From positions 24,182,001-24,246,000 of the forward strand of contig OZ076409.1 in the NCBI GenBank assembly GCA_964187785.1: a DNA stretch of 64,000 nucleotides, read 5' to 3'. The notes below the pieces were generated by a model. It was given only the letters and a program-made list of their open reading frames with translations. It was not told where the DNA came from and ran no database searches. The translations under genes and the position numbers were made by a program. Position 1 is the first letter of the stretch. Each line of letters begins with the position of its first letter. The stretch comes from Amphiscolops sp. MND2022 (taxonomy: Eukaryota). Positions 13,921 to 27,300 of the stretch are shown one piece after another.

Positions 13921-15249
13921 TAGGTGTCTCAAAATAACACCGAAATGGTCAAAACTTCAAAGTTGTTCTTAATTTCAAGTTTTCTTTCAATTTGTGTACA
14001 TTTTTTTGAAAATTGTTGTGGGTTAGAATATACAAAAAGATGCACCATGACGAAACTATCTATCAAGGACGCTTTTGAACAAAAATCTGAATAACTTTGG
14101 TGAAACATGCTTCAAATTAACCACAAATTACTAGCAAATTTCAAAAATTTTCTGACATTTTGACGCACCTTTGTACAGTTTTTGAAAATTTCGAACGTTT
14201 AAGTCATCGAGTAAATTCAACGAAAAACCAGCTAACTATCCAAGGCGCTGTTACAAAGAGTAGTCTGATGTTTATGTTATGAGTAAGAAGCCTTAAAAGG
14301 ACATTCAAACACCGTAGTATTTCAAAGACAAAGCAAATAGTCATGATACATTTTTTTCTATAAGCATTTCGGAGTTATTGGAAGAAAAAGCCTTAAAATG
14401 ACGAAAATGAAACCAAAAAAGAAAAAGTTTTCCAATTTACGATTATTACCTGGCATTTTATTCAGTTTCTGAACGTTTACCAAGGTTCAAAAGTTCCAAG
14501 TGTTTTAAAACGACACAACGTGCTTTTTAGTGGGAAAATTTGGTGCTGTTTGTTTGAAAAATGTAGATACCTCCCAAAGAAACGATACCTTTTAGAATAC
14601 CGACTGTTCCAAGCAAATTCTGTACACACTTCGCATGTTTTCATAGGTATGAAAATCAACAAATATCACAAAGCAAAACATTCAATCCTTTAGAAGCCCT
14701 TTTAATAGAGCAACCAGCAGTTTTTTTGAAAAAAGATTCTATGCACAAAAATATCAAAAAACGCTTTTTTTATTATTTTGTCATTTCGATGAAATTTTTT
14801 TCCAACTTTTGGGACATTTTGGTGAGTACCACTGCACACGGTGATCAGAAATTGAATGATTATTTATCTACGTGGCGTATTCTTTAGGACAGAATTGTAT
14901 TGTGAGAAATGGGTCTAAACAGGAACCCAAAAATGTGGGGAAAAACAAATTTTTCATTGGGACATTTTAATGACAATTTTTGTAGCTTACAATTTCCAGC
15001 GATATGAACGACATACAAGACAATTATCCCGTATGTTTTCAGAAGAAAACGTTGATTTTTTTTCCAAAAAAGCTCCCAAAAAGCCCAGAGAAGCCAACTT
15101 TCTTCTAACAGTGTTGATCAGTTTCCGTACCTTTGTCGAATGTTTGGGTGAAAATGAATACTCTCGGCGTTCGAAGACATGTAAATAGCTTTTTCAGTAC
15201 TTTCTCAAAGTTGGAGACAAAATTTAAAAACCGACGATATTTAAACTTA

Positions 15250-15699
15250 CCCTGCCTTGACCCTCCATGGATATCTTAGTAAGATCTTGGCAAGATCTTG
15301 CCAAGATCCTGGAAAAATCTTAGCTAAGATCTTGCCAAGATATTGCCAAGAATTGCAAGATGTCATGGGAAGATATTATCAAGAGAGCCATGTTCCCAAG
15401 AAAAATTTTATTGTAAAATCCTATTTGGGCAGAAAAGATCTGAAAAGAAGTCAACAAAAATCAACATTTCTGCAGATTTATATTGTTAGACATTAAAACT
15501 TCTTGTACCGAAGGTAGAGTGTTTTTTATAATCTTAGAATTTTTTCCATCGTGATAAGATACGATCTTGGAATAATGTATTATCTTAGTAAGATCTTAAT
15601 AAGAATCTTGCCATGGGTTCCATGGTTGCCAAGATGTAGTAAGAATTTGGCAAGATCTTGCCAAGACAGCCAAGATGCTAGTAAGAAGGTCAACCCGGG
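15250..15699 (-). mobile_element. Family A TIR element, internally deleted copy
   Basis: Begins ...TTGACCCTCCATGGATATCTTAGTAAGATCTTGG and ends AAGGTCAACCCGGG. Both terminal regions are retained and the middle is lost. Confidence 0.85.
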
Positions 15700-17617
15700 C
15701 ACACAAAATGCCCAATGAAGGGTCAAAAATCTCTCTTTATGTAGGTTTCATGCTGTTTGATAATACTCGCATGTTTTTGTAGTTTAGCACTCCGAATATT
15801 TATAGAGTTCTCCAACAAAAACTTTTGCTGCTAAACATACGTCTTTTGGAGAAACATTTTTTCAGTGTTTTCCGAAGAAAGGCGTCAAATTACTTTGAAA
15901 AGGAGAACGTGTCCAAGCTCGCGAGCCTTAAGAACAAACTTTTCAGAACCATGTCGTAGCCAATTTATTTCGGCCAATTTATTTACACCGGTGCGGAAAA
16001 CATTTGTGTTGCTCAGTGGGCGTCATTTCATGTTCATGAAAGTCTCAAAACGCATGAATACTTTCAAACCGAACGGCCTCGAAGCACATTTTGCCATTGG
16101 TTGCATTATTTCCGCCATCGCCATCATGATTCATTGTTGATGATGACCAAAAAACATGTTTGTCTCAAATATAAGCTAAAACTTGAGGCGGTATTCACAA
16201 GTTAGCTTTTTCAAACAACTATAAAATTCTTCTCGTACAAAAGGGCATTAATTACGTCTTTCACAATTCTGTGATATTTGTTTAATTTTTACATCAGTCT
16301 TAGATCAGTTGAAGTCACGCGCAAAACCGCAAAAGTCTCTTCAATAATGAATATCAAATTAGGTACGTTAAGAAGCTTTCTCAAGTTATACTCTAGTCAT
16401 TATTAACAAACAAGTATGAATATTCTTAAGTTAAATTTTAAATTTATTAAATTTTAAAAAGAATACTTTTGTAATGGTGGGAAGCTTGTAATCTCGAAGT
16501 CAAAACTTGTATTGATTAATAGGTATTTTTACTCAGCTGAAATGCGGTCAATAAAAAACCAATCGAAAAAATCGAATCCCGATTTAACGAATTTAACGAA
16601 AAAAAAGTAAAACGAACCTAACGAAAAATTTATAACTCAAATAAACTGATAATTCAATAAACATTATAAACTTGATAATGATGATTGGGGCGGATCTTTC
16701 AACCGGAAAAGAGAGAGAGGTACTTTAAAAAGGTGCATTAAAAATCTGATTCTGGTGTCTTGAGAAAAACAGCGAGTTATTTAAACTCTAAAAAATGTTT
16801 TTTTTCTGAACAATTTTTTTTCGTAAATAGCCCGTTTTTCGAAATCCGATTTTCAGCCAGCGCGTTTTGAAAAAAATGCAAGACCCTCACAGTGGCCAGT
16901 TTTTCTCCAGTTGGAACTGTAGTGACCACTTTTTGTAAATACTATTATATGCAGAGGCAGTTGCTCCAATGTTAGGCTCTGTAGTACCCTTGTTGAAACT
17001 GCATGAACTTTTTGCATGTACTTTAATGTTGCCAGCAACTTTTATTATGATTTTCTAAAACTCTTACGGAAAATTTCATGCGAAATTTTGTCCCTGTTGT
17101 ATTTAACTTTTATCAAGCTGCTTGAAAGATTCATCAAAGTTTTAGCGGCAATTTTAAGCCTTGAAGTTTTGCAGGTTTCATTAAGCAGCAGTTATAATTT
17201 TGAAAGCAAATAAGGCGCTATCAATTTTACCGCTAAATCAATGCAAAATAACTTCAGTCGCATAATAAACTGCGGTGATCACATCAGATGAGTAGTTGAG
17301 AAAACAAAGTGTGTATACAAAGTGATCGTGTCGGTAATCTAGTGTAATTTATTTTCAAATTTAATTACAATAGTGGAAAATGCAGTGTAATTGTACATGA
17401 TTTACCAACCGAAGTTCATTAAATTTTCTAGGTTTTATTAAAAAAATACCCAGCATGCATGCCCTCAGCATGTAAAAAGTTCCTGCAGCTTCAAATTGGG
17501 TAGTTGTTAGAGGGTTTAACTGCAAAGCTGAATTGGAAAGCAAGCAGGCTGGAATCTCATACAGTGCCATGTTTTTTTTCGAATTGAATTCTGGAAGAAA
17601 ATTTTCGTATATAACAT

Positions 17618-18424
17618 CCCATATTTTCGACCTTTGCAAGTCTGTGCAGACCTGCAGGGTTCTGCAAAGATCGTTGCACTGAATCTTGAACATCCATACA
17701 GATCTGCAGGATCTTTACAGAAGTGTGCAGATTTTCTTTAAAGATTTTTGCAGAAATGCTTTTCTGCAGCTTCTAAGGAAACAAATTACTGCATTTTTAC
17801 TTCTTCGACTACTTTATTTAGTATTTTAGCTGACCAAGTTTCAGTCAGTTGAAACTCTCCATCACTCAAAGTTCTCGAGAACGAAAATTTGTCCCCATAA
17901 CGGTAATTATGGTGACTGCAGAATGTACGGTATTGGTTATACACCGTAATTTATCCATTCCACACGAAATTTCCAGAAGTGGTTGTTGAACTTTGAGAGG
18001 CTAGTTTGCCATAATAAATTCGTTTTGACGGATATAATTTGACATGTGGCAACCTTCTTGGTTGGTATATGTGTTGATAAAGTGTTGTTGTTGTAATATT
18101 TTGGGAACAAGGTTTGTTGGAGTAGTTTTAGTAATTGCTGGTAACTCGGAATACGTTATAGTAATTTCTTGGTCATTGTTTGGCTATGTAAAGATCTGCA
18201 AATCGCTACAGATCTGTACTGATTCTTGCAGAAAAATGTTTCATCATTTTGACATAAAGGAGACTTCTCTCCAGTTTTAAACATTTCTATTTTTCGTTTG
18301 ACATCGCTGTGAGGTTTTTATTGAGCTTCTGAGTAGGTCATTTTTTTTCGAATCTGCACATATCTGCAAAGTTCAGCAAAAATCCTGCAGATCTGCACAG
18401 ATTCGCAAAGATCGAGAACCTGGG
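17618..18424. mobile_element. Non-autonomous TIR element, family B (CCC...GGG termini, 2-bp TSD)
   Basis: Imperfect ~42-bp TIRs CCCATATTTTCGACCTTTGCAAGTCTGTGCAGACCTGCAGG vs CCTGCAGATCTGCACAGATTCGCAAAGATCGAGAACCTGGG, flanked by AT/AT. Subterminal TGCAGATCTGCA-type repeats. Confidence 0.7.
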
Positions 18425-20081
18425 ATATATAGCGATACAACATCGAAAATTTGAATATAGCTCATTTTAAGTTGTTTGAGGCAGTTTCCGCTTGTTTTCC
18501 ATTCTCATTAGTTCAACATCGTTTAATTCAGTGTTTCTTACTGTTGTTGCGAAAATACGACCGGGATTTTTCGGCATGTGCAACTTTTTTCATAGCAGTT
18601 GCGTAAATTTAAAAGAATTGCTTTGTTTGAGAATTTAGCGGGGCGCCAATTTGATATGTTCCCATCTTGTTAGGGTATAAAGTTTCTACTTATCATTCAG
18701 AATTGTGATATCTAATTATTCGATGCTTTTCTTCATTGCAGAATACACTTTTCAAAACGACACGCCTACTGATTGTTTTCACAGTATTCTTTTAATTGCC
18801 AATAAACTGTTTTCAAAAATATTTTTTCATATATCAATAAAGAGGAAAGAGAACAAACCTGAGAGAATGGATATCAAAAGTTGTATGCGAAGCTCTGTTT
18901 ATTGTGATTGAGAAAAGAATGAACAAACGCTCGCATTGTGAGTGACGAAACCAAGCACCAAATAATTCCACTTATATAAAGGGGTATTTGAAAATTGTTT
19001 GTCAACAAGGGGCGAAATCGTTCCCTGCAACCGAGGACGCGAGTAGAACAAAATGTGTGCGATTTTTCCAGTAGTAATATGATATAAAAACTCCGCGATG
19101 CAGGAAAAGCAAATACTTTTTAGATTTCTTCTCTCACAGCCGAAGCGATACAAAATGCCGGGAAGAGCAAATCCGCGGGACGGACGACGCGGGAAAATTA
19201 AGGAAAAAGTGGGATATGAAGAGGCAAATTGCGGCCGGCGATAGACCAAGAGGTTCTTATTAAGAGCAAGTATGCAATAATATAAGTGAGGAAAAGAAGG
19301 AAAAGGATATATAGACGGATAGACAAAAATATTTTTTAAAGCGACTTGGAAATAATATTGGTGCTGTCAGTTTCTTCTGTCTCACTGACCAATAATAAGC
19401 ATGGACTGTTTTGTGCATTCGGTGTTTCGAATAGTGGCGCTAAAGCAGAAACAGTAGCGATTGCATGGCTCCGATCAGCGCTGGTTTTGCTTTCTCGACA
19501 AAATACTGACTAAAATACTTCTCGACCGTACTTCATAATGCTTCGTATATCTCAGAGAGCCAGAAAATACTACGAGTAGAAATTATGTACAAACCAAACG
19601 TCAAGAAAGAAACAAACGCAGCTTTGCAATTACGAATCAGTTTGTTTAGCTCTAAACGCCACCATTAATTATTAATCAAAAATCATTGTTTAAATCAACA
19701 CAGGCTTGAAAAGCTACAATTGAGTGCTACTTCAACTTGAGGTTAATGAATAAAGGCCCCCCTTCGGTACCTTAGGGCCCTCCTGTGGCAGTTAAAGCAC
19801 TTAGTTTGATTAAATATGATGTGAGCTAACATTAAGTGAAGAATCAACAGTAGCTGTACCGGAAAAACCCCACTTACCTGGTTTCGCATTAATTGATTAA
19901 TAATAATGATAACAATAACAATAGAAGCGAAGTACAAAAGCTGCAGTAATTGGTAAAACTTCGTGACTGAGAAAATGGTAATAATATTGACTTTAACTTG
20001 TTATGACGAAAGTTAAGCAGACTTGACTGGCTAAGAGCCACCGGCCGGCAACAGCGGTGTGGGGTCGCCTTAGGGCCCGGC

Positions 20082-20162
20082 TTGTCGTCCTCGTCTCGGT
20101 TCGTCCTAATTGGTCGTCTCAATTTGTCCTAATTGATCGTCTCGTCTCGTCCCGGTTCGTCC
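20082..20162. repeat. Low-complexity TCGTC-rich minisatellite-like stretch
   Basis: Repeated tcgtcc/tcgtct/gtcctaattg units. Confidence 0.6.
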
Positions 20163-21637
20163 TTTTGTATGTGCCTCCTGATTTCAGCACCCAGACAAAG
20201 AGGGCTAGTCTGGAATGGAGTTTTACTGTTCTGGTTGTTTCCAAAGTATTTCCAATCTGAGTAGTACTAAGATTGAAGGAGAAAGAATTTGATTTAATTT
20301 ACTTGACAGAATGAAAAGTAGATTGAGAAAACAATAAAAACGACGGCTGTAAATGGTGCCGAGGGCGGTTCTATTCCTACCATGGGCTGACGTGTTTCCT
20401 GACTTGGTCGCCAAACTTTTGCCTTATTTGTTCTCATGGTCTATGCTCAGTGGCTGCAACCAAGCACAATAGTATATTTACAAGGGGGCTTTTTATAAAC
20501 TTGACAATGTTTGTGCTCTTTGGAACGAGCGCCCCAACCGACATTCACTTCCTGAAACTGTTTTGCTTCTTTTCTACTTTTCACCAGTTGCAATAACCTA
20601 CGCACACTTTACTAGACAGCGCAAACAAAGCAGCTAATACCATGTTTCACCCAAATTCAGCAGCAGAAGAAGAAAGAAGATTTCAGTAAGGAAGTCTATT
20701 TTGATTCACGCAGAAGAGGCAGCCGTGAACAACAAACCAAACCGCCACCGACTAGGAACAAACAAGAAGTTACTGTATTGAAAACAGGGGACGGAACAAA
20801 CCCTGCGGTAGAGAGAACCCTGCGGAAGAAAAATATGCGCTTCAGACTTGGATCTGTTAAAAGTGCTGCACTTTTGACTACAGTGAATACAAACCACCAA
20901 GTTTTCACCATAAACAACGCAGCCTTCTAATCGTATTTTTTCTCCTGTCGAGAAAGAAACCGACTTTTTCTTTGATGTAAGTCCTTCAGAACTTGAACAA
21001 TCGAGCAAATCTTGCGCAAAACAACTAAACAGCCCTAAAAATTTAATCGCATGCTTCCTCGATAGATGCTCCAACTTTCATAGTCACTTTTCCACGTATT
21101 CAAGCGCTAGGAAATTTGAGCATGTCTAAGTTGGCTGCAATTCTTAGGGTGATAAAATCTAGTTCTTTCTGGCTTGCATCAAAACAAAAAACCAGCGGCA
21201 TGGATAAATTCCGACGCCGCCATCAGATTTGGCGGGTACTTGTTAACTAGTAACGAAAAAAGGAAGCAAAAGTATGCGGGAATAAAAATGCGTGCCTAGA
21301 TTTCATACCAACATTTGCATTTCATGTGGAGGTCAAAAAAACATCTTTTCCCTGCATTTCGAAATAATATATGGCGTTTTTATCAAAGTGATAGAGTATA
21401 ATTTTCTACTAGTTATGAAAAGAACAAATAATTCATCGAATGGAAAACATTTGACGAGATGTAATGATGCAATACAAGGAACAACTGCGTTTAATTTGAT
21501 GTTAATAATTTTATGTTATGAAATTTTCAGTTTATGACAAAAAAGCGAAACAGTGGCTTTTCGTAGTTTTTTTATTAATAAGTAGTTTTTCGTAGTAATA
21601 ATAATTCGTAGTTTTTTATTAAGCAATTAATACTTAA

Positions 21638-21932
21638 AGTCGCTCAGAAGCTGGATTTGTCAACACGATGACCAAACAATACACGAAGGTATACATTACG
21701 CTTAAAATCTAAAGAAGACCAAAATGTTGCGAAGGGTCCAACCTTTCATATTTCCACATTTTATTCGACTAAAAAAGGACATATGTAGTTTCTTTTGGCA
21801 CTGTGCGATTTTTTTGATTTTTTGGATATTTCCAGTTAGAAAATGGACCGTTTAAGCCCAAAGGGCCCTCACTTCGAATATTTTTTGGCACTAAAATTCT
21901 GAGAATTTTTCAAATCCAGCTTCTGAGCGACT
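21638..21932. mobile_element. MITE with TTAA target duplication (Kolobok-like)
   Basis: 22-bp perfect TIR AGTCGCTCAGAAGCTGGATTTG / CAAATCCAGCTTCTGAGCGACT, flanked by TTAA on both sides. Purine-purine terminus. Confidence 0.7.
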
Positions 21933-21942
21933 TTAAGCATTA

Positions 21943-22482
21943 TACCTTTTGTCAATTGAATTCATCAAACGGAACTTTAATTTCAACATAACGGAATTTT
22001 GATTTCAACAAGCAGCCTTCCGGAACTTTAATTTCAACACAGGAAATTCAATTTCGACACGTGAATTTTTTCTTCAACATTTGAAAACTTTAAACTTTAG
22101 CGGACAGTACAACTGAAATATAATGGCTCCACGTCGAAATTACAACAAGATTCCAGTTTTTGACAAAACTCGTTTGCGGGAATCGTTCAACAGAGGAGAT
22201 TTTCTACAACTTGCAAAAATTTGGAAATGGTGAAAAAGATCATAGAAGACCAGGCTGTCGTTATTGACACTGCAAAATGCAAGGAGTGGCACAATAATGC
22301 AATGACATTCATTCCAAGATGCATCGTCGAGGCAGAAATACTATAAATCAAACTCTTCCTTTCGTTATTTTCTGTTTTTGTATATTTGTCGAAATTGAAT
22401 TTCCTGTGTTGAAATTAAAGTTCCGGAATGCATCTTGTCGAAATCAAAGTTCCGATGTGTTGAAATCAATTGACAAAAGGTA
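21943..22482. mobile_element. MITE with TA flanks (Tc1/mariner-like)
   Basis: TIR TACCTTTTGTCAATTGA / TCAATTGACAAAAGGTA, flanked by TA. Subterminal CGGAACTTTAATTTCAACA repeats are inverted between the two ends. Confidence 0.7.
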
Positions 22483-25400
22483 TAATTGCTTTTCGAACTT
22501 GAGTGGGGCGGCAGCTTATGCCGTTCCCATTTTGAATAGTCAGTCTACTTTTGGTGTGAAAGTTTTAAACATACCTTGATATAAAATCATGAAGTTATTG
22601 ACGCTAAGACAAAATACTAGTCCAAGGTCATTGAGTACATCAGTAAGAAGAATTCAGCTGGCCTTATTGTGGGTTAACAACGAACCTGATCAACCTTTCA
22701 AGGCTGAAATTCGATTAAAATATAACTTTATTTTAAGGTTTATCTACACTTTCAAGAAAATTGGGTCAAAAACGCTGCATAGTGAATGCTATAGAATTTC
22801 TACCCGGCCATTGATGCAGTTTGTTCTGAAATTAGGCGAGAATCACAAGCTTATACAAGACTAGCTGTCATTGAATCTGTACTTTGATAACGTAACTAAC
22901 TGGCTGTTTTTGTTGAAACATTATACGGGGACGATTCTATGGAGATGCGTACTCGCCAAAAACAAAGCGCTTTTAATTCACTGATTTTCCGCTGAATGTT
23001 GCGGCACGTCGCTCTGAATCACTTCCCATATTCATTTATAAGGCGTCCATTGCACAATGTGCTAGGCTATGTATCAGAAAAAAGCCATCGAAAACCCGAA
23101 ACAAAGATTAAGCTAGGGAACGGAACTAATATGGATAAAGAGTGTGCTTTTATAAGTAACTAACCCTAATGTTTGACTGTTTTCGCTTATATGCTAGGGC
23201 CACTTTGAATTCAGCAGCTCGCTGTAAGGTGCGAAGAAAGAAAATGAAGTAATCACTTGAACGTTAGCTGATCATTCGATTGCCAAGCAATATATCAAGT
23301 CAAAGCCCACCAAAAATTTCAAGTATAAAGAAAGAGAGCTTCGGTGATAAACACAGACCCAACTCAACTCACTCAATTGAAGATATGAAAATTAGGTTGA
23401 AGTTGAAGATTACTGCGTCTAACGATCATTGCTATTGATTACAGCAAAGAATTTGTAAAATTCATGTAATTATTTCATGAAATGCCTTATTGAGATCGAT
23501 AACGTTTTAGACTCTGCAATACACTAATAAAATCTGATAATTTAAAGTTTAGTTTACCTCAATCGAAGTATGGATTGGATACTTTCAAATTTGCCTTCAT
23601 TGAATCAGAAAAAAATCAGTGGATGAGTAATTAAAATCTTTCTCGATGGAAATCAGCATTCATCTTATTTTCAGTCAGTAACTAAAGATTTTCTGACATT
23701 ATTTTGTACTTTAAAAAACATTAAAGACAAAATTCTCTACCTGTTGTTTTTTTTCTGCAACCAATTCGCCAATTCTAAAACGCAAGCAGTCTCCGAAAAT
23801 TTATATTTTAAAAGAGCGTAAAATGTGGACTTTTCCAAGTGAAACTTGTCACAAAAATGTGAAAAATGTTACAAGAAATTTCAAAAAAATGACGCTGTAA
23901 GATTCGTGCACTTTTTCTTAGAAAAAGTGCCTACTAAAAACTCGTGTGGAATACCACGAAATGAAGTACCAAAAAGGACAATAAAGTACTAATTTTTTTA
24001 TTGCGTTGCCATTTCCCAAACTGAAGATTGCAAAATCAACACTTTACCGTCTCAGCGATCACAATCAGGAAATGAGACACCAGTTTTCAGTTAGATCTTT
24101 AGCATACTCAGGATCACCTTTATGGCAGTTTTGACTTAGATCTTTAACATACTCAGGATCGCTACAACGTTTTTAACAGTTTCCAGTTACAATAATGACA
24201 TCAACGAAAATCAGTCACATGTAATGTGCAAAATTATAGATAAGACGCAGTTCGAATTTTATACTGGGAGATAAACGCTCAATAAATACAATTAAACCAG
24301 TTACCTTACTAAAAAGTTTAGTCTGTGATGTTAAAAAGCCTTTATTAAGAAAAGGCTATAAAAAGGCTTGCTAGTATTTCATTTTTTTCTCTTTTCACAA
24401 GTCGAAACAAAATGATAGTTCTCAAAAATATAAAAATTTTAGCTGGAGTGAGGAACTTACCTTTAGTCTAGTAGTGTTATAATGAATACGACCCAGCTAT
24501 ACTATAAAGATAATTTTGGTGAAATGCTCTGGCGGTCGTTGGATTCTTTGCTTTCTTTTCTCTCTCTCCCTCTCTCTCTTTCCGCGCTCGGTTTACTCTA
24601 GCACTAACAAACGTGTGTTTTGTGTTTTCCCGATCCAAATGGAATCTGGTTGTGTTTGTTCTAACATTCAACTGACACTTGTCATTTATTGGCGCTTGTG
24701 TGCAATATGCGTTTGTTCACCAGTTAGAGTCTGGGATTGATGACGGATAGAACGCTAGAGTAAATTTGACTAGTCTAATTTGCTTTCTTCATGTTACACA
24801 TCTCTAAGTTTGTACCCATTCACTCTTCACTCCATGTATACACCATACCTATCAATCCACATCCCTAATCCATTATAGTACTATACCCCGTATCCTCTTT
24901 CGAATTCACTCAAGTTAACACTACAAACACCCCCCCTCCCATATTAACTCCTCGAAATTGCGTCACCACCTCGCGTAACATTACAGAGTAGCACTGTACA
25001 GTGATTTTTGAAGAAGCAACATAGCACCCGGCAAGAGAGGTAATGAACAATTCTGATTGGCTAAATAAGGTCTAATGCGCTAATTTTATTGGTCCAAAGA
25101 GAGGGGTGTCGATTGAACATTTTCAAAAAGCTAGAGCAAACGTGAGAAAAACTTCAATTTGAATTGAATTTATCAGCTATTGAATTTATAAGCTATAGCT
25201 TTAAAAAAGGTCATTCGTAACTTCCACAATTTTCATCATATATTTTTGAAACAAACATTTTTGTAAACTAGATAAAAATCTACGAAACCTTTACTTCTAC
25301 CATTTCTCGAAAGAGATACTCAATTTTGAATTTAGCCCTATATTGCTTCTCCTAGAATCACTACTGTACTTCCAACTCTCAAGCTTTGCTTACCAGTTTC

Positions 25401-26256
25401 ATGTGAGTTAAAGAAGTTAGATACTTCAAGTTCATCTGTGAGAGGAGGAGGAATTTTCTGTTTCGTTTTGTTTTAGAGAATGTTTCTCTTTCTTTCAGGG
25501 GAGTGTTAGATGGTGCTTACGTAACAGCAGAAGAATGAAATGTATCAATGCGCACGCTTCCAACCACAACCCACAAGTGCCAAGATGTTTGAAACTTACC
25601 ATTGACGCAGTGGTTTGTGGAAGAACGTGATAAGAAAAATTCCATTATTTCAGCTGAGATGAATGACGATGAATGTAGAACCAAACTATTTAACAGTTTC
25701 AATGATTTTAGTCAAAATATGTGGAACAATTTCCGAAGAGTCGATGCTTTTCGAGATAAAAATGTTCATTAAGGACATTTTGAACAAAAAAGACATTTCG
25801 AGTATTATATTAACTAAAAAGTTTACTGATGGGAAAAATGTTCAGTTGACAGAAAATCATGAACAAAAGGGCTCTATTAGGGTTCTAGGACATTACTCCC
25901 AAGGAGATTACGCCAAAGAACATTGCGACGAAAAGGGACATGACGCCCAAAACTGAAATTACAGCCAAAGCGAATATTACGCCCAATAACCGTTCTTGGA
26001 TTATGGACGCTTCGGCATAATGGAGCGATTGTAAATGCTTGTTGTGACTGACAAACTATGTTTTACTTTCTAACATTTGTCACAAACTTTTAAACTCGAA
26101 ACGAATGCTTGAGAAAGAATTAGCAAAACAAAAAATGATAAAAAAAAGTCCTCATAAATCGAGTTAGCTGATGCATTTTAGGGCTTTGATCGGCATAGAA
26201 AGCAGGTGTGCAACAAAAGATTTATTATGTCTTTCATGAAGTTTTTTGTATTTGTA

Positions 26257-26915
26257 TTTTAGTTGGCGCTTTTAGAATAAAAGAGCCCGACAATTACAGT
26301 CACTCGTTTTTTCTTCAAGACAGCCTCGAATGGGACCAATTTTCTGTTCAGTTTGTTCAACTAAACGCCCCCTTTCAATTTTTATTTTTTAAACGTAACA
26401 TACAAAGTTTTTGTGCAAAGTTTTTCGTTGGTCGTCAACAGTTCAATTGGTTGACAGATATACACAACTTGAAACTTTGTACAAACTTTTCAATTTTTTC
26501 GGCACTTTGCAACTTTTTTCGATTTTTTTGTCTCCAAAGGATCCCCCTTTCAATTTTATTGATGTCCCCTCTCGTAATATCCGGAGTAAAGCGCTACAAC
26601 CGAACCTGATTATTCGTAGTGGCAAAAGATTGATTCCAGAGAGCCACAAGAAACCGAGGTTTTTAGTCGACACTTCATGAAGTGAAACGCGACTAATATA
26701 GTGACTTTTTTTTCAATCCACACGAACTGATCAAAATAGTTCTACAAAATTTCTACCAAATTTTATGGTGTCAAATTGAACCATTTGACTTAGCTAACTA
26801 AACCAAAAAAGGTCTTTCCTGTTTTTCCGGGTACCATACAGTACCGGGCGAGACTAAAGGGTCCCCTTACAGTTTTTCTCAGCATTGTGAAACTTTTTTC
26901 TCGAAAATCTTTTCC
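26257..26915 (+). mobile_element. HINE-like repeat 5' fragments
   Basis: TTTTAGTTGGCGC at 26257 (similar to the 10290 variant). TTTTAGTCGACACTTCATGAAGTGAAACGCGACT at 26661 matches 3126 onward. Confidence 0.6.
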
Positions 26916-27107
26916 CTCTACTGTTTTTTACTCAATTCTTAGAAACAGTAGAGCATATTTTTTAATAGCGTCTGTAGCTTCTCACCCTGCTGCTATCACT
27001 GATATGACCTTTATTTTATTTGAAAACAGTTAACATCGATACCTGGGCATATTGTCCGCTTTTGATGTAAGGCCGTTTGCGCGTAATGTACTTGAGCGTA
27101 AGGTTCT

Positions 27108-27300
27108 TGTGACAGGGTACTAAAAAGAACAGTTACGCTAAAGATATTAATTACTAACACCTGTAACAAAAATGCTAGAATGAATCTGCTAGAATGAAAA
27201 TGCTAGTTGCTCTTGTCTTTACTTCGAGATACAGTTCATAATACATTGTTATCTCCCCTTCTTTCTTCCTTCTTACATTGCCTCTCAGTAGTCTCCAACA
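27108..27300 (+). repeat. 5' LTR of element 1
   Basis: TGTGACAG...CTCCAACA (TG...CA), repeated at 32206. Confidence 0.9.

Noticed and set aside
14829..16900. CACGGTG (~14838) and CACAGTGG (~16887) as Chapaev/Transib termini
   Set aside because: No matching opposite terminus or TSD found.
24440..25760. Promoter/exon-like region (CT microsatellite, ATTGG boxes, CTTACC donor-like sites)
   Set aside because: Signals are short and could not be assembled into a consistent gene model.
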